Below, in pieces: positions 1 to 10,114 of a stretch of 64,000 nt of DNA. The notes beneath the pieces were generated by a model. It saw only the letters and a list, made by a program, of their open reading frames with translations, searched no databases and had not been told where the DNA came from. Location: contig CAWDFP010000006.1 in assembly GCA_963801605.1 (NCBI GenBank), forward strand, positions 1,472,001 through 1,536,000, read 5' to 3'. This DNA is from an uncultured candidate division Zixibacteria bacterium. GTDB taxonomy: Bacteria > Zixibacteria > MSB-5A5 > UBA10806. The position numbers were made by a program, and so were the translations under genes. The stretch's first letter is position 1. Every line of letters begins with the position of its first letter.

Positions 1-1
1 A

Positions 2-304
2 TTACTGCCGCCGGAAATCATCCGCGCCTACCGAAGCCGTATTATTAATATCCATCCCGCCCTCCTGCCAAAGTACGGCGGTAAAGGTATGTATGGCGCC
101 AATGTCCACCGGGCTGTTTTGGCTTCCGCCGATAAACTCTCAGGAGCCACCGTACACTTTGTCACCGAGGACTATGATCGCGGCCCTATTCTTATCCAGA
201 GAACCCTGCCCGTACTTCCCGATGATACTCCGGAAAGTTTGGCGGCTAGGGTTCTCGAAATTGAGCATACCATCCTGCCGCAAGCCCTACGAATGTTTCT
301 ATGA
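2..304 (+). CDS. purN: Phosphoribosylglycinamide formyltransferase, 5' end outside the window
   Basis: Frame is open from base 2: IINIHPALLPKYGGKGMYG...GATVHFVTEDYDRGPIL formyltransferase motifs; purC and purH are nearby. Confidence 0.93.
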   Translation, partial: LLPPEIIRAYRSRIINIHPALLPKYGGKGMYGANVHRAVLASADKLSGATVHFVTEDYDRGPILIQRTLPVLPDDTPESLAARVLEIEHTILPQALRMFL

Positions 305-1926
305 AATTGCTCTCAGCTATTATTTCAATAGTTATCTTATTTTCGCAGAACTGCCTGGCATACATAGATATTTCGGACCTCCAACCCTATACCGGCCGAA
401 CCATCACCAAAATTGATATTGTCAGAAAGAATATTTTTGATGATAAAATTGCGTCAGACCACGGATCGCCCTTCTATTATCGCTGGGCCAACAGCCTTCA
501 CATAATGACTCGCCAAAGCGTTATAGAGCGTGAACTGCTATTCAAAGTTGGAAACAAGCTCGATCTCGAAAGGATCATCGAAACCGAACGCAATCTGCGG
601 CTTGGGGGTTTTATTGGCGAGGTTAATATCGAGGCCGCCTCCGATGGCGCCGATGGTGTTGACCTCAAAGTTGTTACCACCGATCTCTGGACCACCAAGG
701 TGTCGGTATTCGCCGATCTGGCGGGTGGTAAGTATGCCACCGGTATCGACCTGGTTGAACAGAACCTTTTCGGCTATGGCAAGACGATTGATATCCTCGG
801 CCAGGTGGGTAATGATCAGAAAGGCTATAATCTTTTATATTTAGATAATCGCCTGATAGGATCCCGTCTGGCGTTAGGTTTGATGGCGACTGACTTCACC
901 TATGATAGGGGATTTTCGATCAGCCTCGGACATCCGCAATACTCCTTATCGGTCCATACCAGTTATAAGGCGATTTTCTCGCAATTTGACACGAGGCCCA
1001 GACTATTTTATAAAGGCAACGAATATTTTAGATATAAAAATAAGAATACTCTTTCTAATTTTGAAGGCGCTTACATTTTTGGAAATTATACTCGCCTGGG
1101 TGTCATCGTCGGCTATGATTATGAAAAATATAATTATTCCCCCAACGATCCAAATTCGACATTCAATTATCTGATTCCCCCGAACGAAGTCATTTCATAT
1201 CCTTTGATTGGTTTGAGTGGTTCCGTCATTCAATATGATGTAGAACGCTATCTTGATGGCCCCGGGCTGCCTGAAGACCTTACATTGGGCGCCAGCCTTA
1301 AGGCCACCATTGGCCGATCCGCTAAAATTTTTGGAGCCACCTACAGGGGCTATTTCCCTAAAATGACAGCCCAATTCCTGTTCAAACCGGGAAGCCGGAC
1401 CTTTATAGGAGGCATAGAATCCATTTCCTGGTGGCATCGTAACGGACGAAACGAGCGTATCAGGCATATCAGCGAGGCGGCCTTCTACTACAAGCCATAT
1501 TATAATCATGTACTGGTACTTCACGCCCTCACCGATTTCGCCTGGCGCCAAAAATCGACATATCAGGTTTTCCTGGGAGGCGGTAATGGCTTAAGAGGCC
1601 ATTCCTATTATGAGTTCTCGGGCACGAAATCGGCTCTCGCAAATATTGAATACCGTTTCTACCTGCCAATCGAAATCCTGACTGTAAAATTGGGAGCCGC
1701 TGCCTTTTTCGATATCGGAAACGTTTGGCGAAGCGACCAGCATATAAAATTAGGCGATCTTAAATCCGATGTCGGCGTGGGATTGCGCTTCGGTTTAACA
1801 CGGTCATCGACCTCGCGCGTGGTAAATCTCGATATCGCCCGGGCTCTTTCGCATTATGGTGTATTTGTAGTGTTCAGTTCATCAACCTCGATGTTGCGTT
1901 TGAGTGATATCAATGTCATTCAATAA
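301..1926 (+). CDS. Omp85/BamA-TamA-like outer-membrane protein with a POTRA-like N-terminus
   Basis: Signal peptide, POTRA-like 'VIERELLFKVG...ETERNLR', and barrel motifs 'LGGGNGLRG', 'NIEYRF', 'FFDIGNVW', 'GVGLRF'. Confidence 0.8.
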   Translation: MKLLSAIISIVILFSQNCLAYIDISDLQPYTGRTITKIDIVRKNIFDDKIASDHGSPFYYRWANSLHIMTRQSVIERELLFKVGNKLDLERIIETERNLRLGGFIGEVNIEAASDGADGVDLKVVTTDLWTTKVSVFADLAGGKYATGIDLVEQNLFGYGKTIDILGQVGNDQKGYNLLYLDNRLIGSRLALGLMATDFTYDRGFSISLGHPQYSLSVHTSYKAIFSQFDTRPRLFYKGNEYFRYKNKNTLSNFEGAYIFGNYTRLGVIVGYDYEKYNYSPNDPNSTFNYLIPPNEVISYPLIGLSGSVIQYDVERYLDGPGLPEDLTLGASLKATIGRSAKIFGATYRGYFPKMTAQFLFKPGSRTFIGGIESISWWHRNGRNERIRHISEAAFYYKPYYNHVLVLHALTDFAWRQKSTYQVFLGGGNGLRGHSYYEFSGTKSALANIEYRFYLPIEILTVKLGAAAFFDIGNVWRSDQHIKLGDLKSDVGVGLRFGLTRSSTSRVVNLDIARALSHYGVFVVFSSSTSMLRLSDINVIQ

Positions 1927-3370
1927 GAAATTTTTCTCGATTCTGGGGATAATCACCTTCATCAGGCTCTTCTATGCCATTATTTTGCCATTAGCCCCTC
2001 AGGAGGCTTATTACTGGAATTACTCCCGGCACCCGGCCCTTTCGTATTTCGATCATCCGCCAATGGCATCTTATGTTATCAGGTTGACAACCTTGCTGGG
2101 CACATCTGCATTCTCAATCCATCTGGCGGCTATCCTGATTTCAGTCGTAATGACAATAGCCATTTACCGCTTGGCCAGCCTTCTGTTCGATGAGTGGGTT
2201 GGTTTCTGGAGCGCCATTGTTATAAATCTCGTATTTATTTACGCCCTGGGCGCGCTCATCATAACCCCCGATAACCCCATGCTGCTTTTCTGGGTTTTAT
2301 CGATGATCGCCTGCATCAAGATTGACAGGGGAGAGGGGCCTGTCTGGTGGTTACTTCTGGGGATATTTTTGGGCGCGGGATTTATCAGTAAATATCCGAT
2401 TGTCTTTGCCGGATTTGGAGCCTTGTTATTCTTTCTTTCTTCGAGCCAACGCCGAAAATGGTTCTCTACGCCCTGGCCGTATATCGCCTTGCTGGCTGCT
2501 TTTATTGTCGCCCTTCCGGTGATTTACTGGAATTATACCCACAACTGGGCCAGCTTTGCGTTTCAAACCTCGCGGCGCGCCGGTGAAATGAGTCGTTTCC
2601 GTTCCGATTATTTCTTTGGCTATATTGGGACTATTTTGGGGATTTACGGTTTTATCCCCATTCCGATACTTGTAACCGGTATGTGGAGCTCGCTTAGGAA
2701 CGCCATTAAAACGAAAGCGACCAATCATATTCTACTCGTTGCATTTTCATTACCACTGGTACTCTTTCTTTTACCGGTTGCAGCGCGTTCCTGGGTAAAA
2801 ATGAACTGGACTGCTCCGGCCTTCATCGGATGGTTTATCGCGGCGGTGGCTTATTATCGAGCCAACTCCCTCAGTCGCAGGTGGGTACGAATCCTGGGCA
2901 GGATCAGCGTGATTTTCTTAGCGGTCAGCATAGTAGTAATTCATATTCTGGCGCCTTTGCCCGGTTTGTATCTGGGCAAAGGAGATTATTACGCTGGATG
3001 GAAAGACCTGGCGGGCAGGATCGAATCGCTTCGTTCTGAGATGCCCGCGCCTTATTTTATAGCGGGCTCAGAATACAAAATATCATCGGAACTGGCCTTC
3101 TATCTCAAAGGGCATCCGGAAACGGTTGGCGCCAACGTTATCGGGCTGCCGGCGCTGCAATATGATTATTGGGCTAACCCCGATACCCTTTTAGGTTACA
3201 ATGGAATATATATCTCTGATTGCTCCAACTGCCCCGGCTTTGCTGACGAATTGAAACAGTTTTTTGGAAATGTTTCCGAACCGCTGGTTTTTCGAATCGA
3301 AAAAGGTGGGAAAAAGGTACGTGATTATTATATATACCTGTGCTATAATTATACGGGAATCAGGAGGTAA
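1913..3370 (+). CDS. GT39/ArnT-like integral membrane glycosyltransferase
   Basis: 'QEAYYWNYSRHPALSYFDHPP', 'TPDNP', 'SKY' motifs and many transmembrane segments. Confidence 0.85.
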   Translation: MSFNKKFFSILGIITFIRLFYAIILPLAPQEAYYWNYSRHPALSYFDHPPMASYVIRLTTLLGTSAFSIHLAAILISVVMTIAIYRLASLLFDEWVGFWSAIVINLVFIYALGALIITPDNPMLLFWVLSMIACIKIDRGEGPVWWLLLGIFLGAGFISKYPIVFAGFGALLFFLSSSQRRKWFSTPWPYIALLAAFIVALPVIYWNYTHNWASFAFQTSRRAGEMSRFRSDYFFGYIGTILGIYGFIPIPILVTGMWSSLRNAIKTKATNHILLVAFSLPLVLFLLPVAARSWVKMNWTAPAFIGWFIAAVAYYRANSLSRRWVRILGRISVIFLAVSIVVIHILAPLPGLYLGKGDYYAGWKDLAGRIESLRSEMPAPYFIAGSEYKISSELAFYLKGHPETVGANVIGLPALQYDYWANPDTLLGYNGIYISDCSNCPGFADELKQFFGNVSEPLVFRIEKGGKKVRDYYIYLCYNYTGIRR

Positions 3371-3372
3371 TT

Positions 3373-4287
3373 ATGTATACAGTCTTAAAAACCGATATAA
3401 AAGAGTTTCCGCTCATAGCCAGGGGCAAAGTCCGCGATATCTATGATCTCGGAGATACGCTTCTCTTCGTGGCCACGGATCGAATCTCAGCTTTCGATTT
3501 TATCCTGCCAACCCCGATTCCCGGCAAGGGGATAATCCTGAATTCGATGTCCCTGTTTTGGTTTTCGTTTATCAGCGATATTATCCCCAATCATCTGATG
3601 ACCAGCGATTTCAATTCCTATCCGAAACCGCTTCAAAAGCACAAAGACCAACTCGAGGGCCGTTCGATGATCGTTCGCAAAGCACAGCGAATTGACATCG
3701 AATGCGTGGCCCGTGGCTATCTGGCAGGCTCCGGATATAAAGAATATCAGCAACTCCTCAAAGCCAGTCCCGACGCTTCGTCTGTTGATCTTTATGGCAA
3801 TACCGTTCCCGCCAATCTAAAAATGGCGGATAAGCTTCCGCGTCCCATCTTCACTCCCGCTACCAAGGAGGAATCGGGACATGACCAGAACATAACCTTT
3901 GATCGCATGGTGGATATTACCGGTTTCGAGGTCGCCAGTCGGCTCCGCGACGCTACCCTCGAGATATATACCCGCTCAAATGTTTATGCCAATACGCGTG
4001 GAATAATTATTGCAGATACCAAATTCGAGTTCGGGTTTATCGATGGCCAGTTGAGCCTCATTGACGAAATCCTCTCTCCTGATTCCTCGCGCTTCTGGCC
4101 GATTGATTCGTATAAACCCGGCAGCAATCCGCCATCCTTCGATAAGCAATTCGTCCGTGATTGGCTGGAGAGTTCCGGTTGGAATAAGAACTCCGCGCCG
4201 CCGGAACTGCCGCCCGATATTGTCGAAAAGACACTTGAGAAATACAAACTCGCACATAAAATATTAACAGGTAAGGATATATTATAG
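3373..4287 (+). CDS. purC: SAICAR synthetase
   Basis: 'GKVRDIY', 'TDRISAFD', 'ADTKFEFG', 'PDSSRFW', 'SFDKQFVRDWL'; GGAGG ribosome-binding site. Confidence 0.97.
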   Translation: MYTVLKTDIKEFPLIARGKVRDIYDLGDTLLFVATDRISAFDFILPTPIPGKGIILNSMSLFWFSFISDIIPNHLMTSDFNSYPKPLQKHKDQLEGRSMIVRKAQRIDIECVARGYLAGSGYKEYQQLLKASPDASSVDLYGNTVPANLKMADKLPRPIFTPATKEESGHDQNITFDRMVDITGFEVASRLRDATLEIYTRSNVYANTRGIIIADTKFEFGFIDGQLSLIDEILSPDSSRFWPIDSYKPGSNPPSFDKQFVRDWLESSGWNKNSAPPELPPDIVEKTLEKYKLAHKILTGKDIL

Positions 4288-4295
4288 GTCAAATC

Positions 4296-4315
4296 CCTGC
4301 CTGCCGGCAGGCAGG
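4296..4315. repeat. Perfect 20-bp palindrome CCTGCCTGCCGGCAGGCAGG
   Basis: Sequence equals its own reverse complement; lies between purC and purH. Confidence 0.9.
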
Positions 4316-4378
4316 TCTTCGGAGAATTGACAGGGCGATTGCTAACTAATTAAATCTATGGTGATAGGATAATTCGCA

Positions 4379-5923
4379 ATGAAGATTAAACGTGCCTTAA
4401 TTAGCGTGTTCGAAAAAGACGGCCTCCTCGAATTAGCGAAAGGCCTCCTCGAATTTAACATCGATATTCTTTCCACCGGCGGGACTATGAAAGCCCTTAA
4501 GGACGCTGGCATACCCGTAACCTCGGTTTCGGACATCACCGGATTCCCCGAGATACTCGATGGCCGTGTTAAGACGCTGCATCCCAAAATCCACGGTGGT
4601 ATTCTGGCCCGGCGCAATCTGCCTGAGCATCTGGCGGCAATAGAAAAACACGGTATAACTCCGATAGATCTGGTAATCGTAAACCTCTATCCATTCGAAA
4701 AAGTGGCTGCCAAACCCGGCATCTCCGATGACGAAGTTATTGAAAATATCGATATCGGCGGGCCAAGTATGGTGCGTTCCGCTGCCAAGAATTTCGCTGA
4801 TGTTACCATCGTAACCTCGCCATCGGATTACCCGGCTCTTCTCGATGAGCTGAAAAATAACGGCGGCGCTGCCACCCTTGAATTCCGTCGCCAAATGGCT
4901 GCAGCCGCCTTTGCCAGAACCGCTTCCTATGACAGCGCTATCTCAACCTGGTTTGCCAAACGTTCCGAGGAATTTCCCGGGTCGCTCAATCTTTCATACC
5001 AGCTATCTTCCGGTCTTCGTTACGGCGAAAACCCCCATCAGAAAGCGGCTCTATACGAGACTCCTAATTTCCCCTTTACGTCGATACCCAAAGGGAAACT
5101 TCTCTCCGGAAAAGAGCTTTCTTTCAATAATATCTGGGACCTCGAGGCCGGCCTTCAAATGGCGCTCGATTTTGCCGAACCGTTTGCCGCAGTTATCAAG
5201 CATACCAATCCTTGCGGCGCGGCTATAGCCAAAACGCTGGCCGACGCCTACAAAAAGGCTTTGGACGCTGATCCCGTTTCTGCTTATGGCTCAGTTATCG
5301 CTCTCAATCGAATAGTCGATATGAATACCGCCAGACTCCTGCACGAGACCCCCTTTGTAGAATGTATCCTTGCTCCCGGCTTTGAGCCGGATTCGCTGGA
5401 GCTTCTCGCTAAGAAAAAGAATCGTCGGCTTCTCGATGTTGGCGCTTTTTCTCGATTGCCGGAAAACTCCTATGACTATCGCCCCATCACTGGAGGAACG
5501 CTGGCACAAACTCCTGATCGCTTTGACGTAAAAAGGGACGATCTAAAAGTTGTCACGAAAGTATCGCCTACGGATGCGCAATTAGAAGAACTCCTGTTTG
5601 CCTTCCGGATTGTCAAGCATATCAAATCGAACGCCATCGTAATTTGTAAAGATAAAACCGCCGTCGGCGTGGGGCCGGGACAAACTTCAAGAGTGGAATC
5701 GTCGATTATCGCTTTACGCAAGGCAGGGGAGAGGGCTCGCGGCGCGGTAGCCGGTTCTGACGCTTTCTTTCCAATGCCTGATGGTCTCGAAGTGCTGGCC
5801 GAGGCCGGCGTAGTCGCTGTCATTCAGCCGGGCGGCTCCAAGCAAGACCCTGATGTTATCGCCGCCGCCGATCGTTTGGGTATCGCCATGGTGCTTACCG
5901 GCATCAGGCATTTCAAGCATTAG
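4379..5923 (+). CDS. purH: Bifunctional AICAR transformylase/IMP cyclohydrolase
   Basis: 'RALISV', 'GRVKTLHP', 'IDIGGPSM', 'LRYGENPHQ', 'SDAFFP', 'RHFKH'. Confidence 0.98.
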   Translation: MKIKRALISVFEKDGLLELAKGLLEFNIDILSTGGTMKALKDAGIPVTSVSDITGFPEILDGRVKTLHPKIHGGILARRNLPEHLAAIEKHGITPIDLVIVNLYPFEKVAAKPGISDDEVIENIDIGGPSMVRSAAKNFADVTIVTSPSDYPALLDELKNNGGAATLEFRRQMAAAAFARTASYDSAISTWFAKRSEEFPGSLNLSYQLSSGLRYGENPHQKAALYETPNFPFTSIPKGKLLSGKELSFNNIWDLEAGLQMALDFAEPFAAVIKHTNPCGAAIAKTLADAYKKALDADPVSAYGSVIALNRIVDMNTARLLHETPFVECILAPGFEPDSLELLAKKKNRRLLDVGAFSRLPENSYDYRPITGGTLAQTPDRFDVKRDDLKVVTKVSPTDAQLEELLFAFRIVKHIKSNAIVICKDKTAVGVGPGQTSRVESSIIALRKAGERARGAVAGSDAFFPMPDGLEVLAEAGVVAVIQPGGSKQDPDVIAAADRLGIAMVLTGIRHFKH

Positions 5924-5941
5924 GATCTATTTGTTTATATA

Positions 5942-5966
5942 TCCGGGGTTCACAGGGAACCCCGGA
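5942..5966. terminator. 10-bp-stem hairpin between convergent genes, probable terminator or REP-like element
   Basis: TCCGGGGTTC-acagg-GAACCCCGGA between purH and the ABC permease; no strong U-tract. Confidence 0.55.
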
Positions 5967-5976
5967 ACTTGCTTGA

Positions 5977-6780
5977 TTATTGTTTCAACGCCCCGGCCGT
6001 AATGCCTTCGGTTATTTTTCTCTGAAAGATCAAAAAGAATATAATCACCGGAAGCGCCGCGATCACCGATCCCGCCATCGTGACCGGCCAGTCGCTGGAA
6101 CGCGGATCCTGCATTAAAGCCAGTCCGACCGGCAGGGTATACATCTCGCTGGAGTTGGTGAGTATTTTAGGAAAGAGAAACGAATTCCATGTAGTTAGAA
6201 ATGTCTGAATTCCAAGCACCGCCAGCGCCGGAGTGCACAGCGGCAGCACCACTCGGAAAAATATCGCCAATTCCCCGGCGCCATCGACACGGGCCGCATC
6301 TTCGAGATCGCCAGGCAAACCATCGATATATTGCTTCATCAGGAATATTCCCACGGGCGTAACCAACCAGGGAATGGTTAAGGCCCAATAAGTATCGAAC
6401 CATCCGAATTTGAGCATCATTTGAAATATGGGCAGGATCAATATATGGGCCGGTATCATCAGCATGGCGACTGCGATAATAAACATTGGCCAGGTGAGTT
6501 TCCGCGGCCCCCGCGATAAACCATAACCGATCATAGCGCACAGCAGCATATTGCCCAATGTTACTACTATTGCAACCAAAACCGAGTTAAAGAAATATCG
6601 CCCGAAATTATTCGATTTGAACACCACCGAATAATTCTTGAGAGTCCAGGAAAGATGTTTGAGATCGACTGCGAATGTCCCTGGCGCCTGGAAAGAGAGA
6701 ACAGCCATATAGAGCATTGGAAATACCATAACTCCGAAAACGAGGATTAGAAAAAGAGTAATAATCCAGCGCGATCTCAT
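5977..6780 (-). CDS. Carbohydrate ABC transporter permease (MalG-like)
   Basis: EAA motif 'LEDAARVDGAG'; C-terminus 'GITAGALK'. Confidence 0.93.
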   Translation of the reverse strand: MRSRWIITLFLILVFGVMVFPMLYMAVLSFQAPGTFAVDLKHLSWTLKNYSVVFKSNNFGRYFFNSVLVAIVVTLGNMLLCAMIGYGLSRGPRKLTWPMFIIAVAMLMIPAHILILPIFQMMLKFGWFDTYWALTIPWLVTPVGIFLMKQYIDGLPGDLEDAARVDGAGELAIFFRVVLPLCTPALAVLGIQTFLTTWNSFLFPKILTNSSEMYTLPVGLALMQDPRSSDWPVTMAGSVIAALPVIIFFLIFQRKITEGITAGALKQ

Positions 6781-7652
6781 TTATCACCCGCAGGCTTTTT
6801 AATATTGATAAGCTTGAACTGCGCCAGTGAGAATACCAGGATTATTAAAAACAGAATATAGGCCGCTGCCGAGGCATAGCCTATGTCCCCTCGTCCGATA
6901 CCTTTTTCGAAAATAAAATAGACGCTGGTCAAAGTTGAGTTGAACGGACGGCCCGATGTCATCACAAATATCTCGATAAATATCTGAAACGATCTAATCG
7001 TATTTAGTACAATCACAAAAGCGAATGTCGATTTCAATAGGGGAATTGTTATCCCCACGCTTCGTTTCCAGAAACCTGCGCCATCGACTCTGGCTGCCTC
7101 GAACAGCTCCGTCGGTATGGCCTTGATGCCGGCCAGAAATATCAGCACATAATATCCGATAGCTACCCAGATATCCATTGCCATGATCGCCCACAGCGCG
7201 GTCTTCTCAGATTGCAGAAATCCGTTTTGCGGAGGAGAAATACCCGCCAGCCGAAAAAGAGTATGAATGTAGCCCCCACGCGCATAGAGATTATAGAAGA
7301 TAAGCGCGATCACCACCATGGCTGTAATCGATGGTATAAAATATGCCGCCTGGAAAATCTTATGGCCGGGGATTTTTTCTGCTATGAATAAGGCTATTAT
7401 CAATGCCGCAATAGTCGTAATCGGTATGGTGCCAAACACAAAGTAGAAGGTATTTACCAGCGACTTGGTAAAAACCGGATCGGAAAATAGTCGGCTGTAG
7501 TTGGCAAAGCCGATAAAGCTGCCCGTGCCCCTCAAAAGCTGGAAATCGGTTAGCGATAGATAAAATGAATATGCCAGCGGATAAAGCCAGAAAACCAGGA
7601 AATAGGCAACCCAGGGTATCGTAAAGAGCAGTATCTTATTTTGTCTTCGCAT
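6777..7652 (-). CDS. Carbohydrate ABC transporter permease (MalF/UgpA-like)
   Basis: 'ELFEAARVDGAG', 'GYASAAA'. Confidence 0.93.
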   Translation of the reverse strand: MRRQNKILLFTIPWVAYFLVFWLYPLAYSFYLSLTDFQLLRGTGSFIGFANYSRLFSDPVFTKSLVNTFYFVFGTIPITTIAALIIALFIAEKIPGHKIFQAAYFIPSITAMVVIALIFYNLYARGGYIHTLFRLAGISPPQNGFLQSEKTALWAIMAMDIWVAIGYYVLIFLAGIKAIPTELFEAARVDGAGFWKRSVGITIPLLKSTFAFVIVLNTIRSFQIFIEIFVMTSGRPFNSTLTSVYFIFEKGIGRGDIGYASAAAYILFLIILVFSLAQFKLINIKKPAGDK

Positions 7653-8836
7653 TAGCGCCCGACTTTAATTTAGCATCGATTGTTTTGGATGCGGTTGTTA
7701 GAATTTCTGACGCCGTTCCGTGGCCATACATGGCGGCCTCGATGGCATCTTCGATATCCCGTTCAATATCGACCCAGAGCGGTGTAGGCGGATTCGATTT
7801 CGAATTGATTAGTTGCTTAAGTTCAACCTGGGTATTGGGATCAGTAACAGCGATATCGGTATATGGCGGAAACCCGAATCCGGCTGCCGCGCATAGCGTT
7901 TGCGAATTATTTTTCTCCGTCAGAAATCGGGCCAGCCGTTGGGCTGCCTCGCGTTTCTCGCTTTTGGCGCCAATTGCCAGGTATTCCCCTCCAAAAAATG
8001 ATGTGCCTGTATTACCGTCGGGGGTAAAAAACTCGCTCAGCTTGTATTCGAAATCGGGAGGCGTTTGCCTCAGACGATCCAACAGCCAGCCGCCGGAAAT
8101 TACCGCCCCGATCTTTCCCTGTCTGAAATATTCCTCCAAACGTCTCTGGCTTTCGATCAACCCAGAGTCGCAGAGCTTGAGATAAAAATCAAGCGCCCCG
8201 ATAGCCGCCGGAGTATCGAGTTCCGAACGAGTGCCGTCATCGCTCAAAACTTCCCCGCCCCCGCTCCATAGAAACGGTAGGAATTTCTTGTAAAGCCGGT
8301 GAGGTTCCGCGCTATTGCATCCAAAACCGAAATAATCATCACCCAGACGAATCAATCTTTTGCGACGCCGCCAAAAGCTCCGGCCAGGTGCGGGGAATAT
8401 CCATACCCACTTTCTTTAACAAGTCCATATTGAAATAGAGGAAACGCGAGTCGAGAAGCCAGGGATACGCGTAAGTTTTGCCATCCCATTTAGCTGGATA
8501 GAGGAAATTTTCCGGGAAGCTATCGGCCGCGCATTCTGCCAATAGGTTATTGGACGCAAATTCGGCGATCCAATCGGAGCCAAGTTCCATGAGGTCGGGA
8601 GGCTGATGTGCCGCAAACGATATAACAAGTTTATCGTGGCCGTTAGCCCAGGTGAGATCGGTGATTTTTACCTTGATATCCGGATTTTCCCGTTCGAATT
8701 CGCTTATAAGTTGCTCGATTACCGGTTTAGTCTTGATATCTGACCAGAACTGCCAGAACTGAAGGGTCTGACGATCCCCGGAGGGATTTGAACAACCCAA
8801 GAGAATAACGAGTGCTAAAATTAACCTTTTCATCAT
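7636..8836 (-). CDS. Sugar ABC solute-binding lipoprotein, split by one +1 frameshift near 8345 (probable sequencing error)
   Basis: Lipobox 'ILLGC', 'FERENPDIKV', 'PRTWPEL'; removing one base joins QKIDS to LGDDYF; start is ATG 8836 or 8833. Confidence 0.85.
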
Positions 8837-8840
8837 AGTC

Positions 8841-8870
8841 ATTCTAAATTCAATTCTATTACCCTGTCAA
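8841..8870 (-). promoter_or_regulatory. Sigma70-type promoter for the ABC operon
   Basis: Minus strand TTGACA-18 nt-TAGAAT, ending a few nt before the ATG codons. Confidence 0.6.
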
Positions 8871-8941
8871 GGAAAGATAAGATGCGACCAACGTCTTACA
8901 CGACATCCTTTTATTTCGTTTTTGAATAATTTAGGAAAACC

Positions 8942-8970
8942 TTGACATAATAACCACGTAGCCATAGAAT
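8942..8970 (+). promoter_or_regulatory. Sigma70-type promoter for the DUF6754 operon
   Basis: TTGACA-17 nt-TAGAAT, 10 nt before ATG 8981. Confidence 0.7.
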
Positions 8971-8980
8971 CATCCCTGTA

Positions 8981-10114
8981 ATGAGATCGCTTTTTGTAAC
9001 ATTCCTGCTGCTATTTTGCATTCTGATTCCAGGCGCTAACGCTTACCGTCTTTCGATATCCGATCTGCCTAACGATGATGGTACCCGGCTTCTTATACGC
9101 TGGGAAAAACTGCCGCCTCCCGAGCTCTCAAAACTAAAACCTCTGACATTTAATTTGGAGCGCTCCGTTATTTCCGATAGCGCTTTTTCGGTTGTTGGCG
9201 CCATCGCTGTGAGTGATACGACCTATCGCACCATTGATAGCGGCCTTAAAACCGGTCAAGGCTACTTTTACAAGCTAACCTATCGTGATTCCAGCGTTTC
9301 CTGGAGTTCGATGATTTTCGGGCCGGAATCTCCAAAAGAAAACTGGTATAATAGCGCCCGAACTAATGTCTTGATCGGTATTATTATCACCGGCCTGTTA
9401 GTTGCGCTTTTCATATACCGCGGACGGCAGGGCAAGAGCCTTTATCTTCGCCCCATCGCCGGCTTGCAGGCTGTCGATGAGTCAATTGGCCGGGCCACCG
9501 AAATGGGCAAGCCGATTCTCTATTCGGCGGGACGAGGTACCATGTCTCGGCCGGCTACTATGGCCAGCATGAATATCCTGAGCTCCGTTGCCGAAAAGGT
9601 TGCCACTTACGGCACACCCCTGATATTCCCCAACAATGATCCTGTTGTTACTGCCGTCGCGCAGGAGGTTGCACGCGAGGCTTACACGAGAGCCGGACAT
9701 CCCGACGCTTACAACAATGACAATATCTATTTTGTGACCGACAGCCAATTCGGCTACGCGGCGGCTGTCGATGGTACCATGATGCGCGAGCGGCCCGCCA
9801 CCAACCTCTTTTTCGGAACCTTCGAGGCCGAATCGCTGATCTTGGCGGAAACCGGAAATTCCATCGGGGCTATTCAGATCGCCGGGACCGATTCCTCGAT
9901 CCAGATGGCCTTCTTTATGGTTGCCTGTGATTATGTTATCATTGGCGAGGAGCTTTTTGCGGCCTCCGGTTACCTCTCGAAAGACCCCCAGGTGATAGGC
10001 TCGTTAAAAGGCTCGGATATTTCGAAAATTATCATTATCGCCATTTTGGTTTTGGGTGTAATTCTCTCGGTTCTTGGATATGGCTTTTTTGTGGAGCTTT
10101 TTACTACGGTATAA
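8981..10114 (+). CDS. Membrane protein with an FN3-like N-terminal domain and a DUF6754-type C-terminal domain
   Basis: Signal peptide, beta-rich 'DSGLKTGQGYFYKL', transmembrane helix, then 'LRPIAGLQAVDESIGRATEMGKP...IGAIQIAGT...CDYVIIGEELFAASGYL'. Confidence 0.72.
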   Translation: MRSLFVTFLLLFCILIPGANAYRLSISDLPNDDGTRLLIRWEKLPPPELSKLKPLTFNLERSVISDSAFSVVGAIAVSDTTYRTIDSGLKTGQGYFYKLTYRDSSVSWSSMIFGPESPKENWYNSARTNVLIGIIITGLLVALFIYRGRQGKSLYLRPIAGLQAVDESIGRATEMGKPILYSAGRGTMSRPATMASMNILSSVAEKVATYGTPLIFPNNDPVVTAVAQEVAREAYTRAGHPDAYNNDNIYFVTDSQFGYAAAVDGTMMRERPATNLFFGTFEAESLILAETGNSIGAIQIAGTDSSIQMAFFMVACDYVIIGEELFAASGYLSKDPQVIGSLKGSDISKIIIIAILVLGVILSVLGYGFFVELFTTV

